Shown here: one piece after another, positions 54,041-64,000 of the stretch
How positions within the stretch are numbered: position 1 is the stretch's first letter
How the letters are laid out: the number at the start of each line of letters is the position of its first letter
Assembly: GCA_964016885.1 (NCBI GenBank)
Contig: OZ024742.1
Coordinates: 36,208,001-36,272,000, forward strand
Length of the DNA stretch: 64,000 nucleotides
Direction of reading: 5' to 3'
Source: Eledone cirrhosa
Lineage: Eukaryota
The notes under the pieces: model-generated
The model's database searches: none
What the model was told of the DNA's origin: nothing
The model's input: only the letters and a program-made list of their open reading frames with translations
Position numbers and translations under genes: made by a program

Positions 54041-54160
54041 TGAGGTTGGTGTTAGGAAGGGCATCCAGCTGTAGAAATCAAGCCAGAATCAGTCCCCGTC
54101 CCACCCTTGCAAGCAGGGAAAAACGGACATAAAATGAAATGATGATGATGATGATGATGA
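54041..54160 (+). mobile_element. 3' end of an RTE-like SINE/LINE with a (TGA)n tail
   Basis: gttggtgttaggaagggcatccagctgtagaaa..aaaacggacataaaatgaaatgatgatgatg. Confidence 0.6.
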
Positions 54161-54591
54161 GCTTTGATTATGTCATCTAATTTATAGTTTCGTAATCGAG
54201 CGTAGTTGGTTGTGAAACTGTCAGAATGAAGCTGAAAGCCAGTATTGCATGTCATTCGAAGGAATGTCAAATACAAAAGATCACCTGAATGGTTCCTACC
54301 GAAACCCACATGCACTTACACGGCTATATATATATATATATATATATATATGCATATGTATGTATGTATGCATATGTATGTATTGTATATATGCATATTG
54401 TTGTTGTTGTTATTATTATTATTATTATTATTGTTATTAATGTATATGTGTGTGTGTATATATATGTGTGTGTATATATGTATGTGTATATGCATATATA
54501 TATATATATATTTATTTTAATTTTAATTTTATTTTTTATTTATTAATTAATTTTTTTTCTTTTTCTCCTCGTGCAATGGCCATACTCGATA

Positions 54592-54791
54592 NNNNNNNNN
54601 NNNNNNNNNNNNNNNNNNNNNNNNNNNNNNNNNNNNNNNNNNNNNNNNNNNNNNNNNNNNNNNNNNNNNNNNNNNNNNNNNNNNNNNNNNNNNNNNNNNN
54701 NNNNNNNNNNNNNNNNNNNNNNNNNNNNNNNNNNNNNNNNNNNNNNNNNNNNNNNNNNNNNNNNNNNNNNNNNNNNNNNNNNNNNNNNNNN
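54592..54791. other. Assembly gap (200 N)
   Basis: Run of N. Confidence 1.
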
Positions 54792-55657
54792 ATCAGCTAG
54801 TTCACCTCTGGAAGTGATAAAGAGAATTAAAGGAAGAATCTACCCTGATATTGGATTGGAGGTTGATTTGTCTACCCGAAAGGATGAAAGATAAAACTGA
54901 CCTCGATGGGATTTGATCTCAGAACGTAACAGCAACCCGGAACAAATACCGCAAAGCATTCTATCCTATAGATTCACCGCTTTAAGTTGACCTCAGCGAG
55001 ATCTGAATTCAGAGCGCAGTAGAAAGCTGAAACGAATACTACAAAGCATTCCATCCAAAGTTTTAATGACTCTACCAATTCTCCACCTACATTTACTCTA
55101 AAGACACCAGAACCAATCCTATAAAACAAAGTCTTTTTCAAAGCTGAGACATAAATCTTAGAAAACTAGCTAATTCTCCCACGACGTATATTTTACAGTG
55201 CGTCTTGGAATACTAAAAGAACGACGCGAAGATTGTCACGTAGTCACTGACGGTTTTCTGTTATTGGCAAGTGATGCCGTGTTTATTGGTAAAATCAGAA
55301 TATCACTTTTGTTAGGTTACACGAATATGAATGAGTAGAAAGTAAGTGTGGGTGGCTACAGGCAGTTCGATTCCGCATATAATTCATTAAAACTTTGTCT
55401 GTATGTCTGTTTGTCTGTCTGCAATGTATGAATATATGTATGTTGCGTCAAGCAATATGTGTGAACGTTTGTGTGAAATGCGGATGCGTATAGATGTTTG
55501 TGTGTGTCTGTGTGTAAGTATGTATGTATGTTATTGTAATGTGTAGTTCTTCATTAATATTATTGAATTTAATTATACATATGTGTGTGTCCAACTTCAA
55601 ACATAAACACAGATACGGAGACACACGCAAACACACACACACACACACACACATACA

Positions 55658-55757
<100 letters not shown>

Positions 55758-55853
55758 GGCGGACTGGGTCTAAAAATATTGGTTGCCAGGAGACGAAGGG
55801 GCCCCACCTATATATAGAATGCTATCATTTGATTTTTATAATGAATAAATAAC

Positions 55854-56304
55854 TGTTTCTACATTTGGCACAAGGCCAGCAATTACTCCAGTGTATTACT
55901 GGTACTTTATTTTATCGACCCCGTAAGGATGAAAGGCAAAGTTAACCTCGGCGGGATTTGAACTCAGTCCGTAAAGGGACGTAACTGTGCTGCATAGCAT
56001 GGCGTCCGACCCTCTACCGATACTGCCACTCCACCGCCTATAATGACCAGAAGTCGACCCTAATATGAATAAATAACATTTCCGAAAAATACATAAGTGG
56101 AAACAAAACAGCGCAATCAAATTTTTTATAATTGTTTCTACTTTTGGCACAAGGCCAGCAATTACCCAGTACATTACTTTATCGACCCGTAAGGATGAAA
56201 GGCAAAGTTAACCTCGGCGGGATTTGAACTCAGATCGTAAAGGGACGTAACTATGCTGGAAAGCATGGTGTCTGACTCTCTACTGATACTGCCACTCCAC
56301 CGCC
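55854..56304 (-). mobile_element. Two SINE copies (55854-56037 and 56130-56304)
   Basis: Reverse complements of the 15466 SINE. Confidence 0.85.
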
Positions 56305-56307
56305 TAT

Positions 56308-56754
56308 AATGACCAGAAGTCGACCCTAAATATTACTAATAGCTCTAAGAAAGCCATGAACGACACATTCCTTTAACTTTGATGTTGAATTTTCATTGCA
56401 CTTTTGTAGCTGTCTCGGTTGCCTAGTTGGAGGAATCATAGACGGTGGTGATCCTGATCTGAGGTTCGATCCTGGTCGGGAGTAGGGTTTCCTGTGAACC
56501 TTTTCAGTTTTTTTCTATTAGTTTTAAAATAAAAACTGGAAAAGGTTACATGTACCTCTTGACCAGGATTGAACCCAAGGCCAGAGTCTTCACCGTCTCT
56601 AGTACCAACCGCTAGGCCACTGAGACAGCTACGAAAATCTTATAAAAATCATACTTATAAACCTACTTTCAAATTTTCAAAACAAAGTGTTGTGGTGTCG
56701 TTCATGTCTTTCTTAATGTTATTGCTCCTATTTAAGGTCGACTTCTAAATCATT
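56308..56754. mobile_element. Palindromic MITE-like element built from two convergent tRNA-like units
   Basis: Imperfect full-length inverted repeat. Each arm has an A-box-like tggcctag/ttgcctag and a B-box GGTTCGATCC/GGTTCAATCC. Confidence 0.65.
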
Positions 56755-57550
56755 TGGGTGTTCTATAAACTACATCCTCGTTTTCTTTCTCATCTATCTA
56801 GACTATATTTTAACCTGTAATCCATGTTTCATTTCTGTTGCCCCCCCCCCCCCTCCCCCTCTCTCTCTTTCTTTCTCTCTGTGATATTTGAATCTACTAT
56901 GATTTGGGCTTACCTTATTCCTATATATATGTTTTTGCGTGTCAGTTAGATTCAAACTTACAATATATATATACACACACACGCAGTGGCGGACTAGGTC
57001 TAAAAATATTAGTTGCCAGATGAAGGGGTCCCACCTACATATAGAATGCTATCATTTAATTTTTATAATGACTAAATAACATTTTCAAAAAATACATAAG
57101 TGGAAACAAAACAATACAATCAAATTTTTACGGAAAAATATCTTACCATCTGCAATAAAAAATGTTTTTTGCGAAAATAATGACCTTTAGTCTTTCACAC
57201 TAACTCAATATATATATGTGTGTGTGTGTGTATGTGTGTGTGTATCTATATATATATACACCACCTTCACCACTAATTGATTTGACAGATGTCTTTAACT
57301 CATTGATCAGAAACAATCATTTTACAAATATATTTATGTTTGTAAATTCATATTAGTGATCCGCGGGATTTAAAATTATGAATTCAGTGGTCCGTGAGGT
57401 CCGAAGGGTTGACGACCTCTGCTCTGAAGGGTCTGCCGATATTGAACGGTGTGTGTCCGTTTTTAAAAGATTATATATATAATAATATTATGTAAGATTT
57501 ATATAAAGAACTTGTTTTAACGGCTTGTAACTCCTTCAATCAGTTATTTG

Positions 57551-57607
<57 letters not shown>

Positions 57608-58474
57608 ATAATAATAAATGTGAAGACTAAAATGATGGCTCGATAAGGATAAATATATATCAAATATATAAGAACCCTAGAGCAAATATTTATTAAAATA
57701 AGTTTCAGAAGATCCCGTTAAGGGTGAAAGCACCGATTCTTTGCTTAATCTGTTATTTTAATAAATATATACATATATATATATATATACAGATATCCAT
57801 GGTAAGTTGTAGGGTCCAATCTACATGAAGAACTCAATGTAATCCATATGTTGAAAATATTGTAGGTTAAAATAAATCCCGGAAAACAATAAAACATTAA
57901 AAGGAAAACAGAGTCATGACATAAGTTAAAACAATGAAATAAAAAATCAAGTTATTAGAAATATACTTCACTGCTTTACCATCGTTTCTAGGTGATGATA
58001 ATACATCGTAACTATACTTCGATATCGATCTATGTAAGGTTAGTTACAAAATATCAGATAAAGAGAATATTTACTTACATGCATATCACCAGCTGGTGAT
58101 ATGCATGTAAGTAAATATATATATATATATAGCTTTGTTTTAATGAAATATTAAACGTGATGTGACTGGAGTGGTTGGTGCTAACGATGTGAGAAGTATG
58201 TCAACATCTTTAAGACGAGGCTAGAAATTGCTTGATTGTTCTGAGTAAAAGCTGCTTAAGTTGAGTGAGGTCAAAGACCTTGATCAGAAGAACGTGAAGT
58301 AATTGAAGAACTGAACAGCAGGACACAACACTAATAAGTGGCTGTCTACTTTTATTAAGTGGACACGATAAATCATTGAACGTACGATGGTTCGCCTGTT
58401 GTGTCTTTCTCTGTGTCGACGTGTCTATGGACATGTAACTGCAATGGATGTTTGTATGTATGTATGTATATTCT

Positions 58475-59180
58475 TCTGGTTTTATAATTTCACAAAGTTT
58501 TACCAATAGAGAGAGAGTCGGTTTCTAACATAGACACAAGACTCTCTCATTGGAATTTACACAACATCAACTAGGTAGATATGTATGTATGCATGTGTAG
58601 ATATGGATGTTATTGTATGTGTGGATGTGGATGTTTTGAGTTGTATGTGTGCATGTGTATATGCTTTGTATCTGTACATGTGTATATGCAGTTATTAGAT
58701 GCAAAATTTTTGGAATGTTTTACATATTTTTACTGTTCCATTAATGGATTGTACTTGTAATTTCCTAACTAGTTGTGTTCTTTCTGTTCCTGTGAAGCCT
58801 AGCTTCTCAAGATTTGTATTGAGGCAGTTACTAACATATCCCAGTGCCCCAATAATCACAGGCATAAATCTGAAGGTGTAATCAGGGTGGAGTATCTGCA
58901 GATTTCTCATTAGTTCTGCATAAATATTCTCCTTTTCACTAATCTTTGATATTATATTGGCATCTGCTGGGCAGCCTATTTCCACTACTGTGCATGTTTT
59001 CTTCTCCCTGTCCCATATCATAATATCTGGTCTGTTATGTCTGCATTTTATTGGGGTTTTTACTGGAACATTCCACCAGTACTCTTTCATATTATGTACA
59101 TGGATGTCTTCCACATTGTTGTAGCTTTTAATGTGTTTATTATCGGGGCTATCTTTTTTACGAACTGCATCGTACAGTGT
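58475..59180 (-). mobile_element. 3' fragment of a second RLE-type LINE (endonuclease + 3' UTR) within (CATA)n
   Basis: ORF 58695-59114: WWNVPV..HNRPDIMIWD..VEIGCP..KENIY..PVIIGALG. Flanked by TATG repeats. Confidence 0.8.
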
Positions 59181-59269
59181 TTGTATGTATCTATGTATAT
59201 ATCTATGTATTTATATGTATGTATGTATTATGTATGTATGTATTTATGTATGTATGTCCGTATGTATGT

Positions 59270-60450
59270 GTATATGTTGTTGATCTTTTCTTCTTTTCGG
59301 GTTATAGCTACTGTCGCTCATAGAGTGGGATTGACTCAGTGCACAGTCTTTCCCCACTTAAAAAAAATCTTCACGCACAGGCATTGCACGATAGAATTAA
59401 TTAATAATTATTAATAATGGCATATCGTGCAATGGCCATACTCGATAACGAGGGGGAAGCTATCATCATATATGTGTATGTATGTGTGTGAATGATTTTC
59501 TTTATTTATCTGTGTATGTGTAGATGTATATATGTATGTATGTTATGTCGGGTCACTCTTGAGTGATACTGGTAACATGTAACCCAGTACAACCTGTCGC
59601 ATGGTCGGGTCGTCGGCGACTAGACCGGCAACCCCACAAAGTTTACTTGGTGAGGAGGGTGATTTTGGACACCCTGCAGGACAAAAAACAAAACCTGACG
59701 AAAGGCGGAAGAACTCATAAGAGTCAACGACCATCCCAAAGTGTGTAAATATGTATATACACATGTACCGCGCAGTTAAACCACTGGGAGTGAAGGACCC
59801 CTAGCCTTTGTCAGGGCATTCTTCTAGGAGAAGGCAACTCAGGAAACTGGGATAACTCCGATATAAAACCTGGGCTCAGTAGTTACCGATGATGTTGATC
59901 TTTTCTTCTTTTCAGGTTTATAGCTACTGTCGCTCAGAGAGTGGGATTGGCTCAGTGCACAGTCTTTCCTCACTTTAAAAAATATCTTCACGCAGAGGCA
60001 TTGCACGATAGAATTAATGAATAATTATTAATAATGGTATATCGTGCAATGGCCTTATTCGATAACGAGGGGGCAGAATTCTAGGAGAAGGAAAACTCTG
60101 ATATAACACCTGCAACTCTGATGGTATCCAATGATGTTGACTTGTTCTTCTTTTTGGTAAATATTATCTTGGTTAAGAGAGTGGGACTGGCTTTGTGCAG
60201 TGCCTTTGCTCACTATAAAAGCTTCACGGCACAGGCATTGCTTTATATCTGGAGATCTCTCTGCACTTGTCGTCACATGGTATCACGGGCCCAGCACTAT
60301 GTGTCAATAATTGTCACAAGTTTAGTGTTTGTACCAGAGTTTTCAAGTCGCTGGTTGGACTAAAAAGTCACACTCGTTCAGCGCATCGGTAGTTCTCCTA
60401 CATGGATATAAAGTAGTGGCCGTACTCGAAAACGAGTTGGCAGCCACCAT
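59270..60450. repeat. Reverse-orientation copies of the 32165-33900 repeat family
   Basis: Near-identical translated frames (e.g. MVSNDVDLFFFLVNIILVKRVG) on opposite strands. Confidence 0.85.
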
Positions 60451-60869
60451 GCATGTATGTATGTATTTACTTATATATGTATGTATGTGTGTATTTATGT
60501 GTAGACGCAGCATGTTCGAATATTTTAACAATTCGCAAATATATAGTCCTGGTTTCGACCAGTCTGCATTCCTTCTTCGGCAAATGTCATTTAGCGGATT
60601 TTTTTTTTTTGGTTATCTCTCCATTTTTGTCACAATTAACAAAGAAATGGCCTACACCAGGTTTAATTAGCTAATGTATTTTGTTTTGTTTCATCTTTTT
60701 GTTCACCTTCAAAGAAAAAAAATGATTCTTTGGGCGTTCAAATCCTTCGTTTTTTTATGGTTGACTATTTCTTATTATATAATATATATATAACGAAGGA
60801 AGTGTGGTAAGGAACCGAACCTAGCTGTCGAAACGGCCGGAGCTCAGCTATCGGGGTCCTGACTCTTTT

Positions 60870-60925
<56 letters not shown>

Positions 60926-61129
60926 AAAAAGTATGAATTTTTAGCCTGGCTAAAAATTCTGATTTAGTCCAGAAATAGCCGTCGAAACGGCTTGAGCTCT
61001 GCCGTCGGGTCATACTTTTTTCCCTATTTCCCACTCTACTACCCTAAGTATTGAGTACTCTGGTGCGTTATGGTCCATCTGGTTCCTTACCACATTTCAT
61101 TTGTTATATATATATATATATATGAGTGA

Positions 61130-61172
<43 letters not shown>

Positions 61173-61175
61173 TGA

Positions 61176-61207
<32 letters not shown>

Positions 61208-61496
61208 TCACTCACTTCTAAAACCACCGGTGAAATAGAAATTATTTGACTGCTATTTCTAGCAGGTCAAACAAACGCGACCTTCGTTTTCTCCATTTCA
61301 GTGAGAATCAGCGAACATGTATTGTAGCAATGGAACTGTTGTCGCTGTATGGTATGGTAATTCTATGAGTGACAAATATAATGAGAGAGGGAGGGGGGAT
61401 GAAAGAGAGATAAAGAGAAATAGTGATAGAAAGAGAGACAGAGAAAGGTAGACAAAGAAACAGCAATCTGTTGTTTTTGTTTGTAGCGGTGAGACG

Positions 61497-61575
<79 letters not shown>

Positions 61576-61600
61576 ACTTCTACTACTACTACTGCTACTG

Positions 61601-61651
<51 letters not shown>

Positions 61652-61747
61652 TTTTTCCGGTTTTTCATGTTTATTTATCTTAGTTATTGCTGTTGATATT
61701 GTCGTGGTTATTGTTGTTACTTTAAACTGATGTTATTTAGTTATCAG

Positions 61748-61832
61748 GGCGGTGAATTGGCAGTATCGGTAGAGGGTTGGACGCCATGCTTTCTAACATA
61801 GTTACGTCCCTTTACAGTCTGAGTTCAAATCC
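61748..61832 (+). mobile_element. SINE head truncated just after the B-box
   Basis: ggcggtgaattggcagtatcgg..gagttcaaatcc. Confidence 0.75.
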
Positions 61833-62465
61833 CTAGAACACCAGAAGTCTCCACTGCAAACCTTCGGAGAGCGACCGGTATTTGGAGAGTTTGGCCTCCT
61901 GAGTCCGACGTGCACAGAACCTGGGTTAGTCCCAGACTGCACCAGGTTGCGGCTACAGAAAGTGTCGGTGCAATCCCAGACGAGAGGTTTTGCCACTGAG
62001 GAGTGGGAAGATGGTCATGCCATCTAGCCTTTTGCCGTCCCCTCAGTCCAACCTCACCGGCTCGATCTGGGAAGGGAAGCCTGCAGCGTCCAAGCCATGC
62101 TTTATGACATCGTTGAGGGCAGCATGGCGTGGAAGGCGGCCAGCACTGTGGCGACAGGAAAGCAGGTGGAGGATGAAATAGTCCACAGCAACAGTTGACT
62201 GATAAAATGACAAGTGATTCAATCATATTGGTGGTCTCCCCACAACCCCGGCGGACAGAATGGAGAAGGCGTTTCCTCGGAAGACAACAAGGGAGAAGCG
62301 CATGAAAAGCCATTCCAACTCGCGAGGCTCAAACCTGCGGCTGGCCAGCTCAGCGCTTATGGTGTTGAGTAGGGAGGTAGCCCTAGGGCCGAGGACACCA
62401 GAAGTTTCCACGGCCAAGGGTAAAACCGCAAACCTGTCGGAGGGAGACCGGTATTTGGAGAGTTA
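61833..62465 (-). pseudogene. Two fragments of a CRE-like RLE non-LTR endonuclease
   Basis: DGKRLDGMTIFP..GKPLVWDCT and AVETSGVLGPRA..RFSLVVFRGNAFSIL. The AVETSGVLG segment is present twice. Confidence 0.6.
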
Positions 62466-62519
62466 CTGGTAGTTCTTGTTGCTGCTGCCGCTGGTGGTGG
62501 TGCTGTTGTAATTTTAGTT

Positions 62520-64000
62520 GCTGTGGTTGTAGTTGATGATGTTGTTGGTGGCGGTCTTGTTGATGTTGTTGTTGATGATGATGTTGTTGATGTTGTTGTT
62601 GTTGGTGGCGGTCTTTTAGTTGCTCTTGTTGTTGATGATGTTGTTGATGTTGTTGTTGGTGGTGGCGGTCTTTTAGTTGCTCTTGTTGTTGATGATGTTG
62701 TTGATGTTGTTGTTGTTGGTGGCGGTCTTTTAGTTGCTCCTGTTGTTGATGATGTTGTTGATGTTGTTGTTGGTGGTGGCGGTCTTTTAGTTGCTCTTGT
62801 TGTTGATGATGTTGTTGATGTTGTTGTTGTTGGTGGCGGTCTTTTAGTTGCTCCTGTTGTTGATGATGTTGTTGATGTTGTTGTTGTTGGTGGCGGTCTG
62901 TTAGTTGCTCCTGTTGTTGATGATGTTGTTGATGTTGTTGTTGGTGGTGGCGGTCTTTTAGTTGCTCTTGTTGTTGATGATGTTGTTGATGTTGTTGTTG
63001 TTGGTGGCGGTCTTTTAGTTGCTCCTGTTGTTGATGATGTTGTTGATGTTGTTGTTGTTGGTGGCGGTCTGTTAGTTGCTCCTGTTGTTGATGATGTTGT
63101 TGATGTTGTTGTTGGTGGTGGCGGTCTTTTAGTGGCTCTTGTTGTTGATGATGTTGTTGATGTTGTTGTTGTTGGTGGCGGTCTTTTAGTTGCTCCTGTT
63201 GTTGATGATGTTGTTGATGTTGTTGTTGGTGGTGGCGGTCTTTTAGTTGCTCTTGTTGTTGATGATGTTGTTGATGTTGTTGTTGTTGGTGGCGGTCTTT
63301 TAGTTGCTCCTGTTGTTGATGATGTTGTTGATGTTGTTGTTGTTGGTGGCGGTCTGTTAGTTGCTCCTGTTGTTGATGATGTTGTTGATGTTGTTGTTGT
63401 TGGTGGCGGTCTTTTAGTTGCTCCTGTTGTTGATGATGTTGTTGATGTTGTTGTTGGTGGTGGCGGTCTTTTAGTTGCTCTTGTTGTTGATGATGTTGTT
63501 GATGTTGTTGTTGTTGGTGGCGGTCTTTTAGTTGCTCCTGTTGTTGATGATGTTGTTGATGTTGTTGTTGTTGGTGGCGGTCTGTTAGTTGCTCCTGTTG
63601 TTGATGATGTTGTTGATGTTGAGTTGGTGGTGGCGGTCTTTTAGTGGCTCTTGTTGTTGATGATGTTGTTGATGTTGTTGTTGTTGGTGGCGGTCTTTTA
63701 GTTGCTCCTGTTGTTGATGATGTTGTTGATGTTGTTGTTGTTGGTGGCGGTCTTTTAGTAGCTCTTGTTGTTGATGATGTTGTTGATGTTGTTGTTGTTG
63801 GTGGCGGTCTTTTAGTTGCTCCTGTTGTTGATGATTTTGTTGATGTTGTTGTTGGTGGAGGTCTTTTAGTGGCTCTTGTTGTTGATGATGTTGTTGATGT
63901 TGTTGTTGTTGGTGGCGGTCTTTTAGTTGCTCTTGTTGTTGATGATGTTGTTGATGTTGTTGTTGGTGGAGGTCTTTTAGTGGCTCTTGTTGTTGATGAT
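62520..64000. repeat. 57-bp minisatellite, ~25 units, running off the right edge
   Basis: Unit gttgctcctgttgttgatgatgttgttgatgttgttgttgttggtggcggtctttta. Confidence 0.95.

Noticed and set aside
56408-56482. Functional tRNA gene
   Set aside because: A and B boxes are present but I could not build a clean cloverleaf, so I treated it as tRNA-derived repeat.
60545-60590. Degenerate hammerhead-like strings here and at ~47045-47080 (minus strand)
   Set aside because: The core or the stems are too broken to support a call.
62523-63644. 373-aa Val/Asp/Gly ORF on the + strand
   Set aside because: It is a by-product of the 57-bp minisatellite.

Overview
This is eukaryotic, AT-rich, gene-poor DNA dense in microsatellites and transposons. 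The SINE, LINE and microsatellite repertoire looks like an octopus/cephalopod genome (inference). I found no convincing host protein-coding exon. Retroelements: a frameshifted L1/Tx1-type LINE head-to-head with a 5'-truncated R4/Dong-type RLE LINE at an (AAT)n tract, three Penelope-like elements (RT + GIY-YIG), further LINE fragments, an LTR with a tRNA-Trp primer-binding site, and many tRNA-derived SINEs. DNA transposons: DD37D and DD41D Tc1/mariner relics. There are also large tandem repeats and a 200-N gap. The most interesting layer is non-coding: at least 15 hammerhead-ribozyme-like motifs in (TA)n-embedded, often fold-back, Penelope pLTR/retrozyme-like repeats. These include core variants and a set with a greatly expanded stem II. 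Most notably, two diverged ~500-bp tandem repeat families carry a covariation-supported kink-turn hairpin that places all hammerhead core nucleotides in a non-circularly permuted, pseudoknotted order. All RNA structures were derived by eye and none has been tested.
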